This document shows, one piece after another, positions 1 through 10,900 of a stretch of 64,000 nucleotides of DNA. This stretch comes from Pseudomonas aeruginosa PAO1. Lineage in GTDB: Bacteria; Pseudomonadota; Gammaproteobacteria; Pseudomonadales; Pseudomonadaceae. The position numbers and the translations under genes are program-made. The notes under the pieces were generated by a model. That model saw only the letters and a list, made by a program, of their open reading frames with translations, ran no database searches and was not told the DNA's origin. Location of the stretch: the NCBI RefSeq assembly GCF_000006765.1, contig NC_002516.2, one strand, 5' to 3'. Within the stretch, counting starts at the first letter, position 1; the number at the start of each line of letters is the position of its first letter.

Positions 1-112
1 CCTGGCGGATCTCTTCGAAGAACAACTCCACCAACTCCTTGGCTTCCCGTTTGTTCAGGCCCAGCTCTTCGTACAGACGTTCCGCAATTTCAGCTTTCGT
101 CAGAGCCCCCAT
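1..112 (-). CDS. ihfA: Integration host factor alpha, 5' part (runs off window start)
   Basis: ATG at 112 reads [36 protein letters not shown]; lies 3 nt downstream of the pheT stop. Confidence 0.95.
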   Translation of the reverse strand, partial: MGALTKAEIAERLYEELGLNKREAKELVELFFEEIRQ

Positions 113-115
113 ACG

Positions 116-2494
116 CTATTTCCTTAACGTGGCATTGAACCTTTCTTCCAACGACGTGACGATGTTCTGCGTCGTGCTATTGACTTCATCGTCATTAAGA
201 GTGCGCGATGGATGCTGCCAGGTCAAGCCGACGGCAAGGCTTTTTCTATGCGGATCAATGCCTTTACCGTGATACACATCAAACAGCCTGAGGTCCGTCA
301 GCCATTCGCCGGCCGCCGCACGGATTTGTGTCAGGATGTCTTGTGCCGGCACGTCCTGATCCACCAGCAGCGCCAGGTCGCGGCGCACTTCGGGGAAGCG
401 CGACAGCTCGCGGAACTTCGGCAGGTGGCCGTCGACCACTTCGGCCAGCAGCAGCTCGAAGAGGAACACCGGCTGCTCGAGGTCGAGTTTCTTCGCCAAT
501 TCCGGATGTAGCGCACCCAGGTAGCCGACCAGCCGCCCTTCCCGCTCGATGCGTGCGGTCTGCCCCGGGTGCAGCGCCGGGTGCTCGCCGGGCACGAAGC
601 TGAAGTCGCCGAGGGCACCAGCACTGGCCAGCACTGCCTCGACATCGGCCTTGGCGTCGAAGAAGTCCACGCCGTCACGACCATTGGCCCAGCCTTCCGG
701 CAGGCGCTTGCCGCAGATGGCGCCGGCGAGCATGGCTTCCTGCTTCAGGCCTTCCAGTTGACCGACGAAGCGCAGGCCACTTTCAAACAGGCGGACCCGC
801 GACTGCTGGCGGTTGAGGTTGTGCTGCAGCGCCTTGACCAGGCCCGGCCAGAGGCTGGAACGCATCGCCGCCATGTCGGCGGAGATCGGGTTGGCCAGGG
901 TCAGCGGCTGGGTGCCCGGATCGAACAGTTCGAACAGGGCCGGATCGATGAAGCTGAAGGTGATCGCTTCCTGGTAGCCGCGGGCGACCAGCAGGCGCCG
1001 CAGCAGCGGCAGCGCGGCGCGCGCTTCCGGCTTGTTGTTCGGCGCCAGGCGCGCCTGCGGGTAGCGCACCGGCAGGCGATTGTATCCGTAGAGACGGGCC
1101 AGTTCCTCGATCAGGTCGACTTCCAGGGAAATGTCGAAGCGATGGCTCGGTACGCCGACCGACCACTGCCCTTCCCCGTCGGCTACCACCGTTAGTTCCA
1201 GGGCTTGCAGCAGGCGCACGATCTCGGCGGCGTCCAGCGGCATGCCGAGCATCTGGGTCACGCGCTCGGCGCGCAGGGTGATCGGCGCGACCTTCGGTAG
1301 GTGCGCTTCGCTGACCTGCTCGACGATCGGCCCTGGTTCACCGCCGACGATGTCGAGGATCAGGCGCGTCGCGCGCTCCATGGCCTTGCGCGCCAACTGG
1401 CTGTCGACGCCGCGCTCGAAGCGATGCGAGGAGTCGGTGTGCAGGCCATAGGAGCGGGCCTTGCCGGCCAGGGCGATGGTGTCGAAGAACGCGGCTTCGA
1501 GGAACAGGTCGCGGGTGCTGTCGCTGACGCCGCTGTGCTCGCCGCCCATCACCCCGGCGATGGCCAGGGCGCGCTGGTGGTCGGCGATCACCAGGGTGTC
1601 GGCGCGCAGGGTGATTTCCTGACCGTCGAGCAGGACCAGTTTCTCGCCGTCCTCGGCCATGCGCACGCGCACGCCGCCGTTGATCTCGGCAAGGTCGAAG
1701 GCATGCATCGGCTGGCCCAGTTCGATCATCACGTAGTTGGTGACGTCGACCACCGGGTCGATGCTGCGGATGTCGGAACGGCGCAGGCGCTCGACCATCC
1801 ACAACGGGGTCGGCCGGCTCAGGTCGACGTTGCGGATCACCCGGCCGAGGTAGCGCGGGCAGGCAGCCGGCGCGGCGAGTTCGACCGGACGGGTCTCGTC
1901 GTGCTGCGCGGCGACCGCGTCCACCGCCACCGGCGCCAGCGGAACGTCGTAGATGGCGCTGACTTCGCGGGCCAGGCCGGCGAGCGACAGGCAGTCACCG
2001 CGGTTCGGGGTCAGGCCGACCTCGATGGTGTAGTCGGCCAGCTCCAGGTAGGTGCGGACGTCCTGGCCGACCGGCGCGTCAGCCGGCAGCTCGAGCAGAC
2101 CGGCGTTCTCTTCGCTGATCTGCAATTCCTTGGCCGAGCAGAGCATGCCGAAGGACTCGACGCCGCGCAGCTTGGCTTTCTTGATCTTGAAGTCGTCCGG
2201 CAGTTCGGCGCCGATCATGGCGAACGGAATCTTCAGGCCCGCGCGCACGTTGGGCGCACCGCAGACGACCTGGAAGGTCTCGCTGCCGTTGCTGACCTGG
2301 CAGACGCGCAGCTTGTCGGCGTCCGGATGCTGTTCGGTCGAGAGCACCTCGCCGACCACCACGCCGCTGAAGGCGCCGGCGACCGGCAGGTCGGCGTCAA
2401 CCTCGAGGCCGACCATGGACAGGCGAGCGACCAGCTCGTCATGGGAAACCTGCGGATTTGCCCAGCTCCGCAGCCACTTTTCACTGAATTTCAT
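116..2494 (-). CDS. pheT: Phenylalanyl-tRNA synthetase beta subunit
   Basis: 792 aa, MKFSEKWLR start, tRNA-binding OB region (HPDADKLRVC, VCGAPN), TPNRGDCLS motif. Confidence 0.98.
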   Translation of the reverse strand: MKFSEKWLRSWANPQVSHDELVARLSMVGLEVDADLPVAGAFSGVVVGEVLSTEQHPDADKLRVCQVSNGSETFQVVCGAPNVRAGLKIPFAMIGAELPDDFKIKKAKLRGVESFGMLCSAKELQISEENAGLLELPADAPVGQDVRTYLELADYTIEVGLTPNRGDCLSLAGLAREVSAIYDVPLAPVAVDAVAAQHDETRPVELAAPAACPRYLGRVIRNVDLSRPTPLWMVERLRRSDIRSIDPVVDVTNYVMIELGQPMHAFDLAEINGGVRVRMAEDGEKLVLLDGQEITLRADTLVIADHQRALAIAGVMGGEHSGVSDSTRDLFLEAAFFDTIALAGKARSYGLHTDSSHRFERGVDSQLARKAMERATRLILDIVGGEPGPIVEQVSEAHLPKVAPITLRAERVTQMLGMPLDAAEIVRLLQALELTVVADGEGQWSVGVPSHRFDISLEVDLIEELARLYGYNRLPVRYPQARLAPNNKPEARAALPLLRRLLVARGYQEAITFSFIDPALFELFDPGTQPLTLANPISADMAAMRSSLWPGLVKALQHNLNRQQSRVRLFESGLRFVGQLEGLKQEAMLAGAICGKRLPEGWANGRDGVDFFDAKADVEAVLASAGALGDFSFVPGEHPALHPGQTARIEREGRLVGYLGALHPELAKKLDLEQPVFLFELLLAEVVDGHLPKFRELSRFPEVRRDLALLVDQDVPAQDILTQIRAAAGEWLTDLRLFDVYHGKGIDPHRKSLAVGLTWQHPSRTLNDDEVNSTTQNIVTSLEERFNATLRK

Positions 2495-2528
2495 CCTGTT
2501 CTCCTAAGGAATCCGGTTGCGTTCTGGC

Positions 2529-3597
<1,069 letters not shown>

Positions 3598-3642
3598 CGG
3601 TGACGTTACGTCCGGACCGAAGTCCGGTGATTGTCGTAGGGC

Positions 3643-3999
3643 TTAAGCCAAGCTTGCCTTCGCTTTCTCGACAATCGCGGTAAACGCCGCTTTTTCGTTC
3701 ACTGCCAGATCGGCCAGGACCTTACGGTCGATCTCGATGGCCGCCTTTTTCAGGCCAGCGATCAGACGGCTGTAGGACAGACCGTTCTGACGAGCACCAG
3801 CGTTGATACGGGCGATCCACAGTGCGCGGAACTGACGCTTGCGCTGACGACGGTCACGGTAGGCGTATTGGCCAGCCTTGATCACCGCCTGCTTGGCAAC
3901 GCGGAACACGCGCGAGCGTGCACCGTAGTAGCCCTTGGCGAGCTTCAGAATTTTCTTGTGACGACGACGGGCGATAACGCCACGCTTAACACGAGCCAT
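3643..3999 (-). CDS. rplT: 50S ribosomal protein L20
   Basis: [16 protein letters not shown]...[13 protein letters not shown]. Confidence 0.99.
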
Positions 4000-4022
4000 G
4001 AATTAATCCTCTACCTTAATAA

Positions 4023-4217
4023 TCAGCGCAGACGCAGGGAGCGTTCTACGCGCGCAACGTCAGACTTGTTCAGCATCGAGGTGCCGCGCAGTTGACGCTT
4101 ACGCTTGGTGGTCATCTTGGTCAGGATGTGGCTCTTGAAGGCGTGCTTGTGCTTGAGGCCACCAGCAGTCTTCTTGAAGCGCTTGGCCGCGCCACTTTTG
4201 GTCTTCATCTTTGGCAT
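4023..4217 (-). CDS. rpmI: 50S ribosomal protein L35
   Basis: [17 protein letters not shown]. Confidence 0.99.
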
Positions 4218-4278
4218 GTTCGGATACTCCGCATTGAGTGATTACGCATAACCGCAAGGCCTGCCAGTGCCCTGGTGG

Positions 4279-4824
4279 TTACTTTTTCTTCTTGGGAGCG
4301 ATGACCATCATCAGCTGGCGTCCTTCCAGCTTAGGATGCTGCTCGACGGTGCCGTACTCCACGAGGTCGGCTTCGACCCGCTTCAACAGCTCCATCCCCA
4401 GCTCCTGGTGAGCCATCTCACGGCCGCGGAATCGCAGGGATACCTTGGCCTTGTCCCCTTCACTAAGGAAACGTACCAGGTTGCGTAGTTTTACCTGGTA
4501 ATCCCCTTCTTCCGTCCCTGGACGAAACTTGATTTCTTTGACCTGCGCCTGCTTCTGGTTCTTCTTGGCGACCGCAGCCTGCTTCTTCTTCTCGAACAGG
4601 TGCTTGCCGTAGTCCATGATGCGGCAGACAGGAGGCACCGCGTCGGCCGAAATCTCAACCAGGTCCAGCTTCGCCTCTTCGGCTAGGCGGATCGCCTCAT
4701 CGATCGAAACAACACCAACCTGCTGGCCATCAGCTCCAATCAACCGTACCTCACGAGCCGAGATGTTCTCGTTGATCGGGGGTTTCGGTTGAGCTCGCTT
4801 ATCCTGTCTCATTTCACGCTTAAT
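4279..4824 (-). CDS. infC: Translation initiation factor IF-3, probable ATT start (ORF track starts at the internal ATG 4812)
   Basis: [32 protein letters not shown]; in-frame ATT ATT AAG CGT GAA upstream of the ATG, after a GGAG that overlaps the thrS end. Confidence 0.95.
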   Translation of the reverse strand: MKREMRQDKRAQPKPPINENISAREVRLIGADGQQVGVVSIDEAIRLAEEAKLDLVEISADAVPPVCRIMDYGKHLFEKKKQAAVAKKNQKQAQVKEIKFRPGTEEGDYQVKLRNLVRFLSEGDKAKVSLRFRGREMAHQELGMELLKRVEADLVEYGTVEQHPKLEGRQLMMVIAPKKKK

Positions 4825-4829
4825 AATGA

Positions 4830-6752
4830 TTACTCCGAGTCTTGGCGACCACGCCGGGAAACCGCCTGTGCCAACAGCTCAGCGAACTGGGTGACGGGCA
4901 TGGAGCCCAGGTCTTCCCCTTCGCGCGTACGCACCGCGACGGCCTTCGATTCAACTTCCCGATCTCCAATAACCAAGAGATAGGGAACCTTGAGCAAAGT
5001 ATGCTCGCGGATTTTAAAGCCGATCTTCTCGTTTCTCAAGTCGGACTTGGCACGGAATCCGCTTTCCCCGAGGATCCGCACCACCTCGGCGGCGAAATCG
5101 GCCTGCTTGTCGGTGATGTTCATCACCACTGCCTGGGTCGGCGCCAGCCAGGCCGGGAAGGCTCCGGCGTAGTGCTCGATGAGCATGCCGATGAAGCGCT
5201 CGAAGGACCCGAGGATCGCACGGTGCAGCATCACCGGACGCTTACGGTTGTTGTCCTCGGCGATATAGCTGGCGTCCAGGCGCTCCGGCAGGTTCGGGTC
5301 GTACTGCAGGGTGCCGCACTGCCAGTTACGGCCGAGGCAGTCCTTCAGGGTGAACTCGATCTTCGGCCCGTAGAACGCGCCCTCGCCCGGCTGGTATTCC
5401 CAGGCCAGGCCGGATTCGTTCAGCGCATCGGCCAGCGCGCCTTCGGCGCGATCCCACAGCTCGTCGGAACCGACGCGCTTGGCCGGACGGGTCGACAGCT
5501 TCATGGCGATGTCGGTGAAACCGAAGTCGCGGTAGACCTGCAAGGTCAGCTTGATGAAATCGGCCGCTTCCTTCTTCACCTGCTCTTCGGTGCAGAAGAT
5601 ATGCGCGTCGTCCTGGGTAAAGCCGCGTACGCGCATGATCCCGTGCAGCGCGCCGGACGGCTCGTTGCGGTGGCAGGCGCCGAACTCGGCGAGGCGCAGC
5701 GGCAGGTCGCGGTAGGACTTCAGGCCCTGGTTGAAGATCTGCACGTGGCACGGGCAGTTCATCGGCTTGACCGCGTAGTCGCGACTTTCCGAGGAGGTGG
5801 TGAACATGTTCTCGGCGTAGTTCGACCAGTGGCCCGAACGCTCCCAGAGGATGCGGTCGACCACCTGCGGGGTACGCACTTCGACATAGCCATGGTCGCG
5901 CTGGACCTTGCGCATGTACTGCTCGAGCACCTGGTAGACGCTCCAGCCATTCGGGTGCCAGAACACCATGCCCGGCGCTTCTTCCTGCAGGTGGAACAGG
6001 TCGAGCTGCTTGCCGATGCGGCGATGGTCGCGCTTCTCGGCCTCTTCGATGCGCTGGATGTAGGCCGCCAGTTGCTTCTTGTCGGCCCAGGCGGTGCCGT
6101 AGATGCGTTGCAACTGCTCGTTCTTCGAGTCGCCGCGCCAGTAGGCGCCGGAAATCTTGGTCAGTTGGAACGCCTTGAGGAAGCGGGTGTTCGGCACATG
6201 CGGGCCGCGGCACATGTCCACGTACTCCTCATGGAAGTACAGGCCCATGGCCTTCTCGTCCGGCATGTCGTCGATCAGGCGCAGCTTGTAGTCTTCGCCA
6301 CGGGACTTGAACAGCTCGATGACCTCGGCGCGCGGGGTCATCTTCTTGATCACGTCGTAGTCCTTGTCGATCAGCTCGCGCATGCGCTGCTGGATCGCCG
6401 CCATGTCCTCGGGGGTGAAGGGGCGCTCGAAGAAAATGTCGTAGTAGAAGCCTTCCTCGATCACCGGGCCGATGACCATCTTCGCGGTCGGATAGAGCTG
6501 CTTGACCGCATGGCCGACCAGGTGGGCGCAGGAGTGGCGGATGATCTCCAGTCCTTCCTCGTCCTTGGGCGTGATGATCTGCAGGGTCGCGTCGCGATCG
6601 ATGGTGTCGCAGGCGTCGACCAGGCGGCCGTCGACCTTGCCGGCGAGGGTCGCCTTGGCCAGGCCCGCGCCGATGGATTGGGCCACCTCGGCCACGGAGA
6701 CCGGGTGATCGAAGGAACGTTGACTGCCGTCGGGAAGAGTAATGATGGGCAT
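4830..6752 (-). CDS. thrS: Threonyl-tRNA synthetase (ATG 6752, 640 aa)
   Basis: [37 protein letters not shown]; GGAGG SD before the ATG. Confidence 0.98.
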
Positions 6753-6832
6753 GGCGCCTCCTCTCCTAGTGGTGACCCCTACCAAAGGCCACGTGGGTTG
6801 GGATGTGCCAGTAAGCGTCGCCCGCCGGGCCG

Positions 6833-6853
6833 GCCTGCCTCACAGTGGCAGGC
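6833..6853 (-). promoter_or_regulatory. thrS leader hairpin with a tRNA-Thr anticodon-like loop
   Basis: mRNA sense GCCUGCC-ACUGUGA-GGCAGGC: 7-bp stem, 7-nt loop with central UGU. Confidence 0.55.
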
Positions 6854-7001
6854 GCCTTGCGGCACCCCTGCGCCGAAGCGCGCGGACGGAGATCACTGGG
6901 AATGGATACTGACGAAAAACGCCGGAGCTGATCCGGCGCGAAGCGCCCATGGTAAAGCATCCGCGGCGAGCTGACGAGCGGTCAGTTCGCCCGGCCTCGC
7001 T

Positions 7002-7865
7002 TCAGGACGTTTCCACGTCCGGCGCAACGCCATCGACGCGCGCCAGGAACTCCAGCACCGACCGGTTGAAAGCCGCCGGACGGGTGGCATTGAGGCCATG
7101 GGACGCGCCCTGGATGCGTTGCAGCTCGGCGCGCGGCAGGGCCGCCGCCAGCGCCTCGGCGGTGGCCGGGAATGGCAGCGGGCTGCGTTCGCCATTGAGG
7201 ATCAGGCTCGGCAGGTCGATCGAGCGCAGTTCCGACAGCGCCAGCGCCGGCGGCTGGTCGGCCACCTGCCCGACCAGGGTCATGGCGTTGTCCAGGGTCA
7301 TTCGGCGGAACGTCGCCGACGAGCGTTTCCATACCCCGGCGCCGCTCACCGTATCGACGAACAGTTCCAGTCCCCGTTCCGCCTCGCCGCCACGGATCAA
7401 TTCGAGCGCCTGGCGCCGGAACTGGTTGCGTTCCAATGGTTCCTCGGGCGCAGGCAGGCCGGCGTGGGCGTAGACCTCGGCGGCATAGTCGCCGCCGGGA
7501 TCGGCCAGGCTCAGCGAACGCAGGGCGTCCGGAGCGGCCAGCGCCAGGCGCAACGCCAGGTTGCCGCCACGGGAATGGCCGAGCAGGTGTACCGGCTCGC
7601 CGAGCCGCTCGACCAGCGCCAGCAGGTCGGCGACGTGGCGGGCGCTGGTGAAGTCCGCGCCCTGCCCGTCCCAGCGCTCGGGGTAGTAGTGACGCAGGCT
7701 CGGCACGATCAGCCGGTGGCGCTCGCCGAGGCTGCGCAACTGCCATTGCCAGTAGCGGTAGTCGCACAGCGAACCGTGGACCAGTAGCACCGGCGTGCCC
7801 TCGCCCAGGTCCTGATAGACCAGTTGATACCCATCCACCTCGAACGAGGCGAGTTCGCCACTCAT
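7002..7865 (-). CDS. Alpha/beta hydrolase
   Basis: LVHGS oxyanion motif, GHSRGG nucleophile elbow, C-terminal His (GASHG). Confidence 0.9.
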   Translation of the reverse strand: MSGELASFEVDGYQLVYQDLGEGTPVLLVHGSLCDYRYWQWQLRSLGERHRLIVPSLRHYYPERWDGQGADFTSARHVADLLALVERLGEPVHLLGHSRGGNLALRLALAAPDALRSLSLADPGGDYAAEVYAHAGLPAPEEPLERNQFRRQALELIRGGEAERGLELFVDTVSGAGVWKRSSATFRRMTLDNAMTLVGQVADQPPALALSELRSIDLPSLILNGERSPLPFPATAEALAAALPRAELQRIQGASHGLNATRPAAFNRSVLEFLARVDGVAPDVETS

Positions 7866-8047
7866 GCACGCAACCCTTTCGGTTTCTTTTTCGACTCAGC
7901 GCGACGAACGGTGAGCGGGCCCACAGCCCGATGCACGGCATCGCCTGGAAAAGATGGATGTTAACGGCCTGAGGTCACGCCCCGTAATGACAAATAGGTC
8001 TAGGGCCGTCTCGCCCGCTGGACTAGGCTGGAAGTTCCCCTGCGGAG

Positions 8048-8383
8048 GTGACGCCGATGAATACGCCGATCTTCTACGAGCTATTCCGCAACCACCCGCT
8101 GCATGCCCCGTCCGCCCGGACCCTGGCGAGCATGCTGGCCCTCGGCCTGGCTCTGGCCGGGGTATGGGCCCTGCTGCTGGGCTGGGGCATCGGCCTGGGC
8201 ATCGACAACTTCGCCATGTACTTCGGCTGGACCGCCCTGCTCATGACCATCCTCCTGGTCGCGCTGTTCCTCGGCGCCACGCTGTTGCGCATGGAGGCCA
8301 TCTGGCTGGCTTTCCTGCTCGCCCTGCCCCTGCTGACCAGCCTCACCGGCTGCCTGGCCCTGGTCGGCGCCGGCCCCGAGTGA
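8048..8383 (+). CDS. Small multi-pass membrane protein (start 8048 or ATG 8057)
   Basis: About three hydrophobic segments; GGAGG upstream. Confidence 0.75.
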   Translation: MTPMNTPIFYELFRNHPLHAPSARTLASMLALGLALAGVWALLLGWGIGLGIDNFAMYFGWTALLMTILLVALFLGATLLRMEAIWLAFLLALPLLTSLTGCLALVGAGPE

Positions 8384-8467
8384 CCGCGTTTCAGACCATG
8401 GTCGAAGACCGATTGCAGTAATTCCCCTTCCCGCAGGGTCTATCCTTGGGTAAGAGGAGGACGAACC

Positions 8468-8644
8468 ATGACTCCCGAATCCTTCGTCACATTGCTGATC
8501 GTCGCCTGGCTGGGCCTCGCCGGCGTCACCCTGTGGGCCTTCCTGCGCGTGCCGCGTCGGCGCGCACGCCTGCAACGCAAGGCACGGCAAGCCGAAAACC
8601 GGCATCCCGCACGGCCGCCACAGCCTCTTCCGCAACGCAGCTGA
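8468..8644 (+). CDS. 58-aa single-TM small protein (not in ORF track)
   Basis: GAGGAGG SD; MTPESFVTLLIVAWLGLAGVTLWAFLRVPRRRARLQRKARQAENRHPARPPQPLPQRS. Confidence 0.7.
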   Translation: MTPESFVTLLIVAWLGLAGVTLWAFLRVPRRRARLQRKARQAENRHPARPPQPLPQRS

Positions 8645-8969
8645 AGCCGCCATGCCGACCGGTCACGGCAGGAAGGCGTGCTGGGAAACCCCCAGCAACA
8701 GATAGGCCGCCAGCACGGTGAACGCGAGAAAACCCACGACGTAACGCAGCATCCCGACTCCTGTCAGTCATTTCATCCCTGATGCTGACCCGAACGACCT
8801 TGCATCGTTCTGCGCCAGCCTGCCGAAGCGCCGAACGGGCAGGCCAGCCCTGGCCTTCCCTTCCGACACGAGCGGGGCCGGTCGATCCTCGCCCAGCCCC
8901 CTCGAAGCTTCACTCTAGCACTCTCGCCCGCCCTGCCGGAGGTCTCCGCCAGGATTCCGGACGAACCGT

Positions 8970-9257
8970 TCAGCCCGCCATGTAGCTCGGCAGACCGCGC
9001 TCCTGCAGACGACGCAGGGTGCCGACCACATCCACCGGCAGGCTCCCCGCCTCCAGGGCCAGGTCACGGCGCACGGCGTTGATGAACCAGTACATGCGCT
9101 TCTCGTCGGCCAACTGGGCGGCGGACACCACGCGACGAGTCACGATCTCTTCGCCGTTGCGCAGGGTCAGCAGGGCGCCGCCGTCCGGACGCATCTGGGT
9201 GGATACGGCAAAGGTGGCCTGGAAGGCATCGAACAGCATCTTGATGGACTTTTCCAT
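8970..9257 (-). CDS. Small Pseudomonas protein, DUF3509-like
   Basis: 95 aa; RPDGGALLTL...QL...AVRRDLA pattern; GAGGGG SD. Confidence 0.8.
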   Translation of the reverse strand: MEKSIKMLFDAFQATFAVSTQMRPDGGALLTLRNGEEIVTRRVVSAAQLADEKRMYWFINAVRRDLALEAGSLPVDVVGTLRRLQERGLPSYMAG

Positions 9258-9325
9258 GATCGTTTATCCCCTCTTGCATGAAAACCGACCGCGAACTTCA
9301 GCGCAGCCGCAACACGGGGAAAGGT

Positions 9326-9342
9326 GGCAGCTTTCATGCCAG
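9326..9342 (-). promoter_or_regulatory. Putative sigma54 -24/-12 promoter of the 8970-9257 gene
   Basis: Minus strand CTGGCATGAAAGCTGCC fits GG-N10-GC. Confidence 0.5.
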
Positions 9343-9368
9343 CCACATGGAAAATTAAAACAATTTAA

Positions 9369-9381
9369 AATCAATAACTTA
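9369..9381 (+). promoter_or_regulatory. IHF binding site
   Basis: AATCAATAACTTA is an exact match to WATCAANNNNTTR, with upstream A-tracts. Confidence 0.6.
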
Positions 9382-9455
9382 CGAAAATACTCAGCGAAGC
9401 GGTCCGTGCAAACTGCAAGATCGTGCGAAATGCATCATGCGATTTGCCAGCAGGC

Positions 9456-9689
9456 TCAGTCGGAAAACAGCGGCCGGCCCCGCGCATCGAAGCCGCGCAC
9501 CCGGTACAGCGCCGCTTCCGCCAGCGACAGCGCGGCCGCCGGACTCTCGCACGGCGGCTGGCCCGGCAGCACCAGCCATTCGGTGCGTCCGTCGTCGATG
9601 CTGGTTATCTCGATCTCGGCCAGATAGCCGCTGTCCTCGCGCAACCAGGTGGCGCGCAGTTCGAACTCGCCAAAACGCCTGCCGGACAC
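9456..9689 (-). CDS. 77-aa hypothetical protein (GTG start)
   Basis: GGAGG 7 nt before GTG 9689; SGRRFGEFELRATWLREDSGYLAEIEIT...; C-terminal part of ORF 9456..10142. Confidence 0.6.
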   Translation of the reverse strand: MSGRRFGEFELRATWLREDSGYLAEIEITSIDDGRTEWLVLPGQPPCESPAAALSLAEAALYRVRGFDARGRPLFSD

Positions 9690-9742
9690 CCGCCAGCCTC
9701 CCTTCGGAAAAGTCGTCGCAGTGTAACCAGGCCGGGCGTCGA

Positions 9743-10525
9743 TCAGCCAGCCAGGTCGGCCAGCGCCTCGCGCTCCTCGTCGCGCAGGGTCAGGACCCGG
9801 CAACCCCGCTCGGTGACCAGCACGGTGTGCTCGTACTGGGCCGACAGGCGGCGGTCGCGAGTGGTCACGGTCCAGCCGTCCTTGTGCAGCTTCACCGCGT
9901 GGCCGCCCTGGTTGATCATCGGTTCGATGGTGAAGGTCATCCCGGCCTTCAGCCGCGCACCCGCGCCAGCGCGACCGAAGTGCAGGACCTGCGGCGCCTC
10001 GTGCATCTTGCGGCCGATGCCATGCCCGCAGTATTCGCGGACCACCGAATAACCGTTGGCTTCGGCGTGACTCTGGATGGCATGCCCGATATCGCCGAGG
10101 GTGGCGTCCGGGCGCACCACGCGGATCGCCCGGTACAGGCATTCGCGGGTGACGTCGAGCAGCTTCTGCGCCTGGCGGTCGATGGCGCCGACCCGGTACA
10201 TCTTGCTGCTGTCGCCGAAATAGCCGTCCTTGATCACCGTGACGTCGACGTTGACGATATCGCCGTCGCGGAGGATCTGCTGCGCCGACGGCCAGCCATG
10301 GCAGACCACCTCGTTGACCGAGGTGTTCACCGTGAACGGATAGCCGTACTGCCCCTTGCTGCCGGGAATCGCCGCGAGGGTGTCGACGATGTAGCGCTCG
10401 CAGAAGCGGTCGATCTCTGCCGTGCTGATGCCTGGCCGCACCACCTCGTCGAGGGCTTCGAGGACTTTCGCGGTGAGCGCGCCGGCCACGCTCATGCGCT
10501 GGATTTCCTCCGCGCTCTTGATCAT
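9743..10525 (-). CDS. map: Type I methionine aminopeptidase (probable accessory paralog)
   Basis: VVCHGWP, DIVNVDVT, DGYFGDSS, YCGHGIG, HEAP, TIEPMIN, AQYEHT. Confidence 0.95.
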   Translation of the reverse strand: MIKSAEEIQRMSVAGALTAKVLEALDEVVRPGISTAEIDRFCERYIVDTLAAIPGSKGQYGYPFTVNTSVNEVVCHGWPSAQQILRDGDIVNVDVTVIKDGYFGDSSKMYRVGAIDRQAQKLLDVTRECLYRAIRVVRPDATLGDIGHAIQSHAEANGYSVVREYCGHGIGRKMHEAPQVLHFGRAGAGARLKAGMTFTIEPMINQGGHAVKLHKDGWTVTTRDRRLSAQYEHTVLVTERGCRVLTLRDEEREALADLAG

Positions 10526-10743
10526 CCCGAGATCCTCGCCGCGCCCTGCTCGCGGCGGTCGCTTTCGCGCGCTTCGTCCATCAATTGGCGTAGCACCTGC
10601 GCATAGGTCAGGCCGGGATTGGCTTCGATCAGCATGCCGATGCGCATCCAGTGCTCGGCCTGGGCATTGATCGAGCGCGACATGGCCTTGCAGGCGATGC
10701 GCGCCTCTTCGTGCAATTGCTCGGAAATCTTCACCAGGCCCAC
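10522..10743 (-). CDS. ParD-like (ribbon-helix-helix) small protein, translationally coupled to map
   Basis: MGLVKISEQLHEEAR...SRSINAQAEHW signature; ATGA overlap with map. Confidence 0.8.
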   Translation of the reverse strand: MGLVKISEQLHEEARIACKAMSRSINAQAEHWMRIGMLIEANPGLTYAQVLRQLMDEARESDRREQGAARISG

Positions 10744-10900
10744 ACTACACCTCGACTACAAAACATATACGGAACGCATACTAACCATCGCATGGACGCG
10801 GCGCAAACGGGAAGGTCCGCCCCTCGCCTGGCCATGGACTGGCCACGATTGGCATCTCCTGCAAAATCAGTAACATGCGGATTTTTTTGGAAGTTGCCGC

